From positions 139,376,001 to 139,440,000 of the forward strand of contig NC_043000.1 in NCBI RefSeq assembly GCF_006345805.1: a stretch of DNA of 64,000 nucleotides, written 5' to 3'. Below are positions 24,463-37,008 of the stretch, one piece after another. A program made the position numbers and the translations under genes. The stretch is from Octopus sinensis (Eukaryota). The notes beneath the pieces are model-generated. The model saw nothing but the letters and a program-made list of their open reading frames with translations. It was not told the origin of the DNA and did no database searches. Every line of letters begins with the position of its first letter. Positions within the stretch are counted from its first letter, which is position 1.

Positions 24463-25235
24463 TTAAATTTAAATGTTGAAGTGAATCTAACAGTTTTCGT
24501 GTGTTTCTTAAATGGCTTATAAACACCTTCCATGCTGCAATTGATTTCATGTTCCATGAATCTGAATCAAGGTGTGCTTTGGAAGTTGTTATATATGTAG
24601 GAAAATAGTCAAACCTAGAGAAATTTTGTGACTTTCCAATATACTTTCCAGTAATTATGACACACATTAAATCTTTGCTGCCACAAGTCTACTATCTCAA
24701 TAGTGATAATTTTACACTAGTCTACGACTAACTGATATACTTATCCAGAATTATACTGATGTGTATGACGATATTAACCAAAACAGAAAAGAAAGACAGA
24801 CAAAAGAAAAGCTGAAAAGGGATGAAAATTGTGGCTCTTAGAGAGGAAAAGTTTGGGCCCTAAAATGGAAAGTTTAAAAAAGTGTCTACAGTTCACTCTC
24901 TTTTACTCTTTAAATGGTTTCAATCAAAAGACTGTGGTCATACTGGTGCACCATCTTAACTTAATTTCTATTAGTTTTGTCATCACTTTATGGCAGGAAG
25001 TTGGACTGTGATTGAGTTTGTAGCAACTGATCTTCACTGAGTCTATCCTTGAATATCATTAGGGGTTTATCTAATGTTCTTTTAATATTTCACTAGAGGT
25101 TTCTTTTATACTTGTGAAAGATCAGAGGCTATTTACAACTACAACTCACAATAAAAAGGGTGATTAAGGTCAATCAGCATCTTGGTGATTACCCAACCCA
25201 ATACCTAGAAAAGGAGAAGAAAGTTCTATATGATC

Positions 25236-26327
25236 AGTACTGCATTACATTTGGCCAAAAACCAGCTTTGGCATGCTTCATCTGTGGACAAGGAATACAC
25301 GAAGCGTGCTACTTAAAAAAGATAAATAACCACATCATTCCAGATATTCTAGGCCTACACTGGCTATGCAGTTATTGTTCACCAAGGGCCACAATAACGA
25401 ATGAACCTAGGACCCTACCACAGACAGGCCATTCTAAACAGACATTGATTGGCGAAACTGACATGGCAAATAAATCCTGCCACACACAGGCCATCCAAGT
25501 GCCTCTTGTAAATGACAAGAATGAAGACAATGACATGCAAACACCTACAAAACAAGAAACAGGAGATCCTGCAGAAAAAGACCAAACTTCCCACGAAAAG
25601 AAACAGATCCAGAGCAAACGCTCAAATGAAGGAAGGCCAGTATGTATCCATTACAGGCGCAACAAGTGCAAACATGGTCTTTCAGGTACAGGGTGCATGT
25701 ACAGTCACCCCAAACCATGCAGACCATATATCAACTTCGGTACTGATCGAAAAAAAGGATGCCAAAATGGCCGAGAATGTGAACTCCTTCACCCAAAGAT
25801 GTGCCGCAATTCGCTGAGAAAAAAAATGTTTTGGTGAGAATTGCAAATTTATGCACCGGAAGGGTACAATTCGCATAAAAACTACTGAACCCACACCACC
25901 AGGACCAAGCTCAGCAGGGTATGAAAACCATTTCCCAAAAATGCGGAAACCAGGTCATGGCTCAGCAGGGTATGAAAACCATTTCCCAAAAATGCGGAAC
26001 CCAGGTCATGGCTCAACAGTGAATGAAAATCATGCTACTCAATTGTATACATCAGCTGTAACAAACCCAAACTCGCAGAAATTCGATATAGTAATGAATG
26101 AAAGCAGTTTTTTAGGCATAATCTACCAACTACAACAACAGCTGTACTCCATACAGACGACTCAGCAAAACCAGGCAACATTGATACAAAGGCTGACACC
26201 TGGACTTACAGGGCACGTACAACAAATACAGACAGCCCAGCAGACCGAATATCCAGTCAGCACAGTCCCAGCAACTACAACAGTCTTGCCAACAATAGGG
26301 CAGATGTATCCGGTACAACAAGCATAA
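25236..26327 (+). pseudogene. LINE ORF1 (truncated PHD-like finger plus tandem CCCH zinc fingers), one +1 frameshift in A8 run at 25819-25826
   Basis: CFIC..H..C...WLCSYC (PHD lacking its first CxxC); CIHY..KC...GC.YSH, CRPY...GC..GRECELLH, and CRNSL..KC..ENCKFMH after removing one A. Confidence 0.8.
25909..26032 (+). repeat. 51-bp in-frame tandem repeat in ORF1 (SAGYENHFPKMRKPGHG twice plus partial)
   Basis: Direct reading. Confidence 0.9.
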
Positions 26328-29313
26328 TAACAGCAAATATCCAGGGTCTTTATCCGAAAACAAAACAGTGTAAAGTCCCTTTCTTGGAAGAATTAGCAAC
26401 AGAAAACAACTCCAAAATAATTGGAATTACTGAAAGTCATCTCAACGAAAACATCCGCAACAGCGAAATCACAATCAATAGATTCAACATCTTCAGATGT
26501 GATAGACAAGGCAGATCCCATGGGGGTGTTATCATGTATATCCATGATACATATGCATGCATAGAACTTGTCAATGAATCAAATGCCTACTGCAACCTGC
26601 TGTGCATAAAAATCATCCAACTTAACACAGTTGTAACAATAATGTACAGGCCGCCAAACAGCCCAACATTATCCTTCACTGAGCCACTGACGAAGCTCCA
26701 ACAAATTCTGGGAAACATGGCAAGTCCAATGCCAGACATTATCCTCCTTGGTGACTTCAACTTCCCTAACATCATCTGGCCACATGGACACATACTAAAA
26801 CTGGGGACAAAAGCTGAACAAATACAGGCAGCCAAACTGTTGGAAGTCACAGAGAAATTATACCTCAAACAAATGATGACAGAAGCAACAAGAAATAATA
26901 ATACGATCGACTTGGTTTTCACCAACAACGAGGACACGCTATTTGACCTTCACTCAACCCCAACAATCCTTTTAGACCACAATATTATTGAAATGCATTT
27001 ACACATTGGTAATGAGCCCAATGCCACAACTCTTAAACAAAAGGACATGCCAAAGCTATGCAGGTATGATTATCACCAGGCAAATTGGGAAACTATTAAC
27101 AACCAGTTACAAATCATTGACTGGATCTCTACCTTACTGGGCCAGATAAACACAAGAAATTCTTAAACAAGATCGAAGAAATATGTGAAAAAAATGTTCC
27201 TCTAAAGAAAACCAAGTCCACAAAAAAACCTGTACCACGGGAGCGAAAGATCCTGATGCGCAAAAGGTCAAGACTAAGAAACAAAACATCTAAGCTGACA
27301 TCAAAACATGAATTACAGAAAGTCCTTGACCAAATATACAGATTAGAAGACAATCTAAAACAACACTATGATGAAGAACGTAACAATGCAGAAAAGAAAG
27401 CCATAGAAAACATCAACAAAAATCCAAAATGTTTCTACAGTTTTGCAAAGAAATACTCGAACACCAAGTCAACAATAGGACCTCTCCAGAGACAAAATGG
27501 GGATGTAGTGAATAACCCTATTGAAATGGCAGAAATGTTGGGTCAACAGTATGAAAGTGTCTTCAGTGAGCCATCTAAAACCATGAAGATCCATGACCCA
27601 GGAAAATTCTTCAAGGATATCGACCATACTAAACCTACCCTATCCGACATTGATTTCAACCCAGAAGACATAGCAAGAGCAATAGACAAGATCTCCATGC
27701 ACTCGGCTGCGGGGCCTGACGGTTTCAATGCCATGATACTTAAAAACTGCAAGGCACAATTGTCGAAACCCCTTTACATGATATGGAGGGAATCTATGGA
27801 GAATGGCAAAATACCAAATACATATAAAGAAGCACACATAACTCCAATACATAAAGGGGATAGCAAATCAAAACCAAAGAACTACCGACCAATCTCACTG
27901 ACATCACACATTATCAAGGTCTTCGAAAGAATAGTTCGTGGAAAACTGGTTGAGTTCCTGGAATCCAACAATCTGATGAATTGCAACCAGCATGGATTCA
28001 GGTTAGGTAGATCATGCCTTTCCCAACTACTGGCACACCATGACCAAATCCTAGAAAATCTAGAGAATGGATACAACACAGATGTTATCTACCTCGACTT
28101 TGCCAAGGCATTTGACAAGGTAGATCATGGCATCCTGGGTCACAAACTTCGAAAGCTAGGAGTAGGAGGAAAAGTTGGTACATGGATACACGAGTTCCTT
28201 ACAAATAGAACTCAAACAGTCACTGTGAATGGAACCCATTCAACACCATCACCTGTGACCAGCAGTGTTCCTCAGGGTACAGTACTCGGCCCAATCCTGT
28301 TTCTCATCCTCATCTCTGACATAGATGAAGATACAACCAGCAACGTCTCATCCTTTGCTGATGACACCAGGGTCATGAGACAAATCAAAGACGAGATGGA
28401 TACAGAGGCCTTACAAAAGGACCTGACCACCATATATAAATGGCAGGAAACAAACAACATGTTGTTCAATGATAAGAAGTTTGAACTAATTCGCTATGGA
28501 ACAGATCAAGATCTGAAAAATACAACAAACTACAGAAACCCATCAGGACAACAAATAATGGAAAAACAGTATGTGAAAGATTTAGGCATCCACATGGGAA
28601 CCAACCTAAAATTCAGAGAACACCTTGACTCAGTCTGTCTTACTGCAAGAAAGTACAGCGGGTGGATCTTGCGCACCTTCAAATCAAGAGATACCTCAAC
28701 AATGAAAACCCTCTGGAACAGTATGATACTTCCGAGGATTGACTACTGTTCTCAGTTGTGGTCACCAACAACAAAGGGCCAACTATCTAAGATAGAATCG
28801 CTCCAAAGAAATTTTACCTCATACTTCTCAGAAACGAGGGACCTGGACTATTGGCAAAGACTCAAAACCTTGAGGATGTACTCAATAGAAAGAAGATTTG
28901 AGCGATACCGAATTATATACATTTGGAAAATGATAGAGCAGAAGGTGCCAAACTTTGGTATCAAAACCTACCACTCACTGCGCCACGGAAGACGCTACCA
29001 GCTGCCACCAATCAACAAAAAGGCTGGCCAGGCAGCAAAAACCCTGCGAGAATCAAGTCTGTTGGTTCGAGGAGCACAACTGTTCAACTCCATTCCGGTA
29101 CATGTCAGAAATCTATCAGGATGCAGTGTGGAATCATTCAAATTGCAACTGGATAGATACTTAAGCACCATTAGAGATGAACCCCATCTCCCAGGATATA
29201 CACAACGAGCACAAACTGACTCAAACTCGCTCCTACACATGTCAAATTTAAGCAGAGAATACAACCTGGCAACCACACCAAACTCTGAGGGTGGAGTGTT
29301 CGACTTGGCCTGA
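26102..29313 (+). pseudogene. LINE ORF2 (APE endonuclease + reverse transcriptase), one 1-nt deletion near 27133
   Basis: APE motifs NIQGL, ITESHL, YRPP, GDFN, TR...IDLVF, DH; RT motifs GPDG, YRPISLTS, QHGFR, DFAKAFDKV, VPQGTVLGP, FADDT, DLG; frame open from 26102. Confidence 0.92.
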
Positions 29314-29328
29314 GCATGGACTCAAACC

Positions 29329-29364
29329 CAAATGAAATGAAATGAAATGAAATGAAATGAAATG
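29329..29364 (+). repeat. (AAATG)n LINE 3' tail
   Basis: About 7 copies shortly after the ORF2 stop. Confidence 0.9.
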
Positions 29365-29377
29365 ATCTATCATATGC

Positions 29378-29786
29378 TTTTTTCTTTTACTTGTTTCAGT
29401 CATTTGACTGCGGCCATGCTGGAGCACTGCCTTTAGTCGAGCAAATCAACCCCAGGACTTATTCTTTGTAAGCCAAGTACTTATTCTATCAGTCTCTTTT
29501 GCCAAACCACTAAGTTACAGGGATGTAAACACACCAGCATTGGTCGTCAAGCAATGCTGGGGGGACAAACATACACACACATACACACACACATACACAT
29601 ATACACACATATATACACATACTACAGGCTTCTTTCAGTTTCCGTCTACCAAATCCACTCACAAGGCTTTGGTTGGCCCGAGGCTATAGTAAAAGACACC
29701 TGCCCAAAGTGCCATGCAGTGGGACTGAACCCAGAACCATGTGGTTGGTAAGCAAACTACTTACCACAAAGCCACTCCTGCGCCTA
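29378..29786 (-). mobile_element. SINE family A, full-length
   Basis: Family A reverse complement. Confidence 0.9.
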
Positions 29787-30082
29787 TATGATGAAGTATG
29801 CACAATAGAATTCATGCATCCTTTATAAAATATCTCTGCCAGCTAATGATAATGCCAAGAAGACAAAGACATCAGGAATGCAGAATCTGTTTGCATTATT
29901 GACCTAATTGATTAAGTAAGCAATTACCTAGTACCCTCCACATATTCCACATCCAAATGCTGGAAGACACTCAACATCCCTTAATTTTATTAGGTTTGCA
30001 TCTGGGTATCTTGTAGCCATTCTCATTACTGAGGAGAAATATCCAACAAGAAAATGCATAAAGTTCTGCAATAAAACAAGAC

Positions 30083-30492
30083 AGGCGCAGGAGTGGCTGT
30101 GTGGTAAGTAGCTTGCTTACCAGCCACATAGTTCCGGGTTCAGTCCCACTGTGTCGCACCTTGGGCAAGTGTCTTCTACTATAGCTCCGGGCCGACCAAA
30201 GCCTTGTGAGTGGATTTGGTAGATGGAAACTGAAAGAAGCCCGTCGTATATATGTATATATATATATATGCGTGTGTGTGTATGTGTGTCTGTGTTTGTC
30301 TCCCTAGCATTGCTTGACAATCGATGCTGGTGTGTTTACGTCTCCGTCACTTAGCAGTTCGGCAAAAGAGACCGATAGAATAAGTACTGGGCTTACAAAA
30401 GAATAAGTTCCGGGGTTGAGTTGCTCGATTAAAGGCGGTGCTCCAGCATGGCCGCAGTCAAATGACTGAAACAAGTAAAAGAAAGAAAGAAA
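30083..30492 (+). mobile_element. SINE family A, full-length
   Basis: Family A. Confidence 0.9.
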
Positions 30493-31219
30493 ATGGTAGA
30501 AAAATTCATAAAGAATCATGACACATATGCTCGATTTGTAGTGTTCCCCAATGTGTAGCAATATGTTTCCAAGATTATCATGTCATATAAATGTCTTTTT
30601 CTAGCAAATAAATTATGTTTATCTTTTTGTATTTTTTAAAACTTTTCTGTAGCTTTTTTTTGTAATTATATGTGTTTTAGATATATATATGAGATATATA
30701 TATATATCTATATATATCTCATATATATCTAAAACAATCTGTCTATAAGGGCACAGAAAATGTGTCTAAAGCCAGCTGGAGACGATGATCTCCTGGGACT
30801 AAAAGCTTCAGTAACACCCACACTTAGTGGCTAGCCACATTGAGATGGCTAGTGTACTTTACGTTGTTGAGCAGTTACTGTTTACATCTCGTTCGGAGAT
30901 TTATTATTGCTTAATCTGTCTATTGTTTATCGTATATTTATAAAAAGTCATGAAACATTGAATAGAAGAATGTTTACAGAAATAAACAAACCATTCATTC
31001 TAATTACAAAAATAAAAAAATTCTCCTAGCATGAGAAAATAAATTTTCATCGGTGGTGCCCCAGTATGGCCACAGCATTAGGGCTGAAACTTATAAAAAT
31101 GAAGAAGAATAAAACACTTCCTGGGAAATAATTTGTCTAAGAAGGGGTTAAAGCTTGCATCTACATCCATAAACAATAACATCTACATCCATAAAAAATA
31201 AGCAAATAAAACACATAGG

Positions 31220-31725
31220 CAATAATAATGATAATAATAATAATAATAATACTTTCTTTATTGACCACTGGGCCGAACACAAATCATAAACGATGATACA
31301 CAGACGAGGGACAGCAAAACACAAATAGCAAACAAAACACAATTAACAAGGAAATTAAGCCAGCAATGTACTTCCCCAATAGTGGTGAGTGCCACTGAGA
31401 GGTGACCAAAGGAACCTCACACACATTGGACCCCTTAATACCAAAGGCATCTCAGGTAGGCACCCTTCTCCTCCTCATTCCATCCAGCCTAAAAGTGCAC
31501 ACTTAGAGTAGGCCCATTCACACGAGCCATTCTTGTCACATTCACCCACCTTTTAACAAACTTACTGGGTGACTGCACCTCCCTCTCCAGCTTCACTTTC
31601 CTCCTCAGGTGGAACCTGGAAAAAATCAATATGGCCTTGGCAGAAGAGGAAGGTACCTGTCTTCAACCCTTTCAATCTCATCCACAACACAACGTCTTTC
31701 GCCATAGCCACCAAACAGAGAAAAA
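31220..31725 (-). mobile_element. L1/Tx1-like LINE 3' fragment (ORF2 C-terminus, 3'UTR, AATAAA, (ATT)n tail)
   Basis: Minus strand FLCLVAMAKDVVLWMRLKG...HLRRKVKLERE...KFVKRWV...; GGTCAATAAAGAAAG followed by (TAT)n. Confidence 0.6.
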
Positions 31726-32006
31726 CTGATGATGATGATGTTATTAGTTTCAAGTGTTGGTACCAGGCTAGCAAATTAAGCTGGGTGGGGTAGGTTTCTT
31801 TTTAGTTATGTCAACCAAAGTACTGACCAGTACATTATTATATTGGCTCTGTAAAGATGAAAGGCACAGCTGACATCAGGTGCATTAGAACTCAGAACAT
31901 GGATTTCAGATCAAAACTAGAAATCTTTTAAACAATTTCTTTTCAAACATTCATAATCATTAATTTAATTGACAAGATTACAGTTGTAATATCAATTTTA
32001 TAACTA

Positions 32007-32428
32007 TAGGCGCTGGAGTGGCTGTGTGGTAAGTAAATTGTTTACCAACCACATGGTTCCGGGTTCAGTCCCACTGCGTGGCACCTTGGGCAAGTGTCTT
32101 CTACTATAGCCTCGGGCCGACCAAAGCCTTGTGAGTGGATTTGGTAGACGGAAACTGAAAGAAGCCTGTCGTATATATGTATATATATATATGTGCGTTA
32201 ATGTGTTTGTGTGTCTGTGTTTGTCCCCCTAGCATTGCTTGAAAACCGATGCTGGTGTGTTTATGTCCCCGTTACTTAGTGGTTCGGCAAAAGAGACAAT
32301 TAGAATAAGTACTGGGCTTACAAAAGAATAAGTCCCAGGGTAGAGTTGCTCGATTAAAGGTGGTGCTCCAGCATGGCCACAGTCAAATGACTGAAACAAG
32401 TAAAAGAGTAAAAGAGAGAGTAAAGAGT
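32007..32428 (+). mobile_element. SINE family A, full-length
   Basis: Family A. Confidence 0.9.
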
Positions 32429-32599
32429 ATGACTTTCAAAAACAATAAATAAATATTTAAAGGAAATAACTTATTTAAAGAAACCATCAAACGCATATCC
32501 AAAAGTATTACCAAATATAAATGGTAAGAAGTTGACCCAACACAGAAAAATGAATCACCAATATAGTATGCATAAAATTAAACCGCATATATTTATGTT

Positions 32600-33008
32600 T
32601 ACTCTTTTACGTGTTTCAGTCATTTGACTGCGGCCATGCTGGAGCACCGCCTTTAGTTGAGCAAATTGACCCCGGGACTTATTCTTTGTAAGCTAGTACT
32701 TATTCTATCGGTCTCTTTTGCCGAACCGCTAAGTGACAGGGACGTAAACACACCAGCATCGGTTGTCAAGCAATGCTAGGGGGACAAACACAGACACACA
32801 AACACACACACGCATATATATATATATATATATACATATATACAACAGGCTTCTTTCAGTTTCCATCTACCAAATCCACTCACAAGGCATTGGTCGGCCC
32901 AGGGCTATAGCAGAAGACACTTGCCCAAGATGCCACGCAGTGGGACTGAACCCGGAACCATGTGGTTGGTTAGTAAGCTACTTACCACACAGCCACTCCT
33001 GTGCCTAT
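32600..33008 (-). mobile_element. SINE family A, full-length
   Basis: Family A reverse complement. Confidence 0.9.
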
Positions 33009-34081
33009 AAAAATATGATGATTGTCCAATGCTTTACCACTTGTCTTTCATTTGTTTATCATTATTTACTAACGTATACAAGCAGTAGAATATAACAATT
33101 TCATTATCATTTTTATGTTTTTTTCGTTTTTGCTTGTAATATATCAAAATTTTATATATCTTTGATTTTATTCTTACTTCCAGAATTTTTCTGTATTATT
33201 TTTCCTCCATGAATGACACAAAAATGTTAAAGAAAAACAATGATTAATAACACAGAACTTTATATACGTCTATCCTTTCAATTTGAAGTATGATTAATTC
33301 ACGATATAAAATCATATTTTTATATGCTTAAAACATTTAAATTTACTATATTTGGCTCTTCTGAGGATTTCTACTAAGTTTTATTCTTCAATTTACTTTC
33401 ATTAAAAAATGAAAATTTGCTTTTCAAAGAATTGTTCAAAAAGTGGTTTTTGAAAATGAACTATGTAGGCTTATGTCCATATTTGTAGTAGTGTCCTACT
33501 AATGCTAGAAGTGAAGAATTTTTTGTAACAAAGCATAAAAACATGTCTAAACATAAAATATATAAGTATATATCAAGTATATATCAACAAATTATATCTA
33601 TCCATGTGATAGATGTAATAACATAGTCATTGACAGGAATAGATCAAAGAGATAATATTTCTCTTACTAGATTAGATTATTGCATTAATAGTTTTTGATC
33701 ATCATCAACATCGTTGTTTTTTATCCTTGTTCCCATCATTGTCGTTGTCATCATCATTATCGTCATCACCAAAATCGTCACAGCCATCATTTTTGCTGTC
33801 TTCGTCATCGTTGTCATCATCATCATTATTTTATTTTCATTTTTCAATGCTGATGCAGGTAGGTTTTACAGTGTCTCAAAATTTAACCATCATCTTTCAT
33901 CATCTTTTACACTTTGCAACAGAGAAAACTACCATTCTCTATCTCATTTATGGCATTTTTGTTAGAGAAGTATCATAGTTTTTCACTTGGAACCATTTCT
34001 ATTTCCAATCACTTTCCAGTATGAATCAGTTGCATCTTATCACCACTATCACTAGAAGACCTTCACTAAGAATAAAGTAAT

Positions 34082-34487
34082 TACTCTTTACTCTTTTACT
34101 TGGTTCAGTCATTTGACTGCGGCCATGCTGGAGCACCACCTTTAGTCAAGCAAATCGACCCCGGGACTTATTCTTTGTAAGCCCAGTACTTATTCTATTG
34201 GTCTCTTTTGCCAAACCGCTAGGTGGCGGGGACGTAAACACACCAGCATTGGTTGTCAAGCAATGCTAGGGGGATAAACAAAGACAAACAAACACATACA
34301 CACACATATATATATATACATATATACGACAGGCTTCTTTCAGTTTCTGTCTACCAAATCCACTAACAAGGCTTTGGTCGGCCCGAGGCTATAGTAGAAG
34401 ACACTTGCCCAAGGTGCCACGCAGTGGGTCTGAACCCGGAACCATGTGGTTGGTAAGCAAGCTACTTACCACACAGCCACTTCTGCA
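34082..34487 (-). mobile_element. SINE family A, full-length
   Basis: Family A reverse complement. Confidence 0.9.
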
Positions 34488-34841
34488 TTAATTTTGGCTG
34501 AATAATGCAAACGCTAAAGGGTTAAAGTGATACCTTTATTCTGCAACAAGTTTTATTAAGATTCGCTGTCCTTCTAGATGGGTTGCCTTCTCTGTGATTT
34601 GCATTCATTCATTCATTTCTTTTCAGAGCAATTTTATTTCAATTAGATTTCCTGCTTACAAATAACCACTTTTAAACTTGAACTGGGTGCATTTCTTTCA
34701 CCATAACAAATTTTTAGGAGAATTATGGTTTAGTACTTATGCCATAGAAGTTATACATCCTATTTATTGATAAGTATGTACAGACATTATGAATACAGAA
34801 TAATGTTAGACATAGGTAAAGAACTGGAAATATTTGGTTAA

Positions 34842-35051
34842 TTACTCTTTTACTTGTTTCAGTCATTTGACTGTGGCCGTACTGGAGCACCACCTTTAGT
34901 TGAGCAAATCGACCCCCAGGACTTATTCTTTGTAAGCCTAGTACTTATTCTATTGGTCTCTTTTGCCGAACTGCTAAGATACGAGGATGTAAACACACCA
35001 GCATCGCTTGTCAAGCAATGTTGGGGGGACAAACACAGACACACAAACACT

Positions 35052-35089
<38 letters not shown>

Positions 35090-35240
35090 TACGACTGGTT
35101 TCTTTCAGTTTCTACCAAGGATTTGGTCGGCCTGAGGCTGTAGTAGAAGACACTTGCCCAAGGTGCTATGCAGTGGGACTGAACCCGGAACCATGTGGTT
35201 GGTAAGCAAGCTACTTACCACACAACCACTCCTACGCCTA
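34842..35240 (-). mobile_element. SINE family A, full-length
   Basis: Family A reverse complement. Confidence 0.9.
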
Positions 35241-36036
35241 TGAATTAGCCAACAATGTAATGACAATAAAGACTTCAACAGTAACAATACTTTATTTTTT
35301 AGTTGCAATATTATTATCAGTCCAAATATGCTTGATGCACTTATCACTGCTTAGAGCTTCCTCTCCATAATTTATTTTTTAGGAACAAAAGTAATTTCAT
35401 CTACACTGTATAGGAGTCAATGAAGGACACAAAATGCTGAAAATGAGGGAAGAATTATTACTTTTGGAAGGAAATGTTATTAGAGAATACTGAATGAATG
35501 AGAGTGCTAAGAAAATAATTGTTGGGAATATTACAAACCATAAAATTCTGTGAATTGTAAAAAGATGGAAATTTCACGACAGTAAAAATCGGCAAAGACA
35601 ATAAAAACTCCATTGAATAAGGTATATGAAGACCATGAAGTTGGTTAGTTGAGCAACATAAAAAAAAAAGGATTGAGATGAGAATGGTAAAAAAATGCAA
35701 AAACTCAAGATTTGCTTGATGAGTGGAAATAAGAGAAAAAGGAGGTTACAAGCCATACTGTAAACCTAAGGCCAGGATTTTGATTAACTGGTGATGAATC
35801 AATCAACAGCAACTGGTTGAAAATATATAAATCTAATTGGGTTTCAAGCAGCAGTTTTGTGCATTTTCTGATAAAATCATTATCTTGCTATTGTTAAAGC
35901 CCCAGGCTAAACTATGACCAAGCATGCCTATAATTAACCACATTCTTATATGTGGCTATCATTACTTTTGGAGATATGTAGATCTACTTTAGGTTATGCA
36001 ACTATTCTATTCTTTAGATCTTACTGTGTAGTTCAA

Positions 36037-36280
36037 TGTGGAGGCACAATGGCCCAGTGGTTTTGGCAGCAGACTCGCAGTCGTAGGATTGCAGTTTCAA
36101 TTCCCAGACCAGGCGTTGTAAGTGTTTATTGAGTGAAAACACTTAAAGCTCCACGAGGCTTTGGCGGGGGGGGGGGCGTGAAACCCTGCTGTACACTTTC
36201 ACCACAATTTTCTCTCACTCTTTCTTCCTGTTTCTCTTGGACCTGTATTTCAAAGGGCCAACCTTGTCACACTCTGAACA
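36037..36280 (+). mobile_element. SINE family E
   Basis: GTGGAGGCACAATGGCCCAGTGG...GTTTCAATTCCCAGACC...CTCTCACTCTTTCTTCCTG. Confidence 0.7.
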
Positions 36281-36309
36281 TGCTGAGGTATTCTATTGAG
36301 CTGGGGATG

Positions 36310-37008
36310 ATCTGATTCATCTCAGTTGAAAAGAACTTCTGCCAAGACAAGTTGCACAACACACTGAACAATAGGTGGCTTGTCTACAGTCCATGTGATG
36401 TTCCACATATCAGAAAAACTAAGTTTTCCCAAACTATGATGGTCTTATGGTGTACCTCCAGTGAAGAGGGCATGCCATCCCAAAATCTTTGAACTGGGCT
36501 CAATTCAGATAACTATGTGAAGCTGATTAAGACTTTGGTCCTACTCTGACTGGAGATGGCTGCCGGAAACCCATATGTGTGGAAAAAGGATTTAACTTCT
36601 TGTCCTACCTCTGGAAAGAATCAGAAGTGGTTGTTAGAGAATTTCTTTGACTTACCAGCTCAAATCTTTGGTCCCCTAATACCCACAAGTGTTATCCCAT
36701 AGATTACCAAGTGGTGGGGCTGAAAACCAACAAATCTGCCTGCAACGCCAAGGCCGAGCTGGTGGCCAAGATCAAGGGGGTATTTGAAGATTGTTCTAGA
36801 GACACACAGAGGGATGTAAGCACTATCTTCTGGAGCTGTCTTGAGGCTGTGGCAGAAGCTGAGAATAGTTTCTTTGAGTAAACAGTTATGTCCCAGCCAT
36901 ATTTGATATTTTTGATTTTTAAGAATACTTTTATTTTCTGATGGGATATTGTGCTTTGTTTTTTTTTACTGTTATGCAAACTGTCACAGGTAGCCCAAAC
37001 AACTTGTT
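36310..37008 (+). pseudogene. Tc1/mariner maT (DD37D)-type transposase relic with right-end TIR-like sequence
   Basis: Fragmentary translation S.EKNFCQD..NRWL..P.DVP...TKF..TMMV...PYVW..D...QKWL.ENF...LW.PN.....P.DY...TN..ACNAKAELVAKIK.VF...LEAVAEA...FFE*. Confidence 0.75.

Larger units (their letters stand above)
24200..24556. mobile_element. Penelope-like inverted pseudo-LTR; ~150-bp arms forming a near-perfect palindrome centred near 24402
   Basis: 24250-24400 is the reverse complement of 24405-24556; each arm has a hammerhead. Confidence 0.75.
25236..29361 (+). mobile_element. CR1-group non-LTR retrotransposon (LINE), 5'-truncated inside ORF1, young
   Basis: ORF1, APE-RT ORF2, very short 3'UTR, (AAATG)n tail; candidate TSD ATGATC at 25230-25235 and 29362-29367. 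Confidence 0.92.

Noticed and set aside
25160-25235. N-terminus of the 225-aa ORF as part of LINE ORF1
   Set aside because: GTG start lies upstream of the candidate TSD and 5' truncation point; it is flanking DNA in frame by chance
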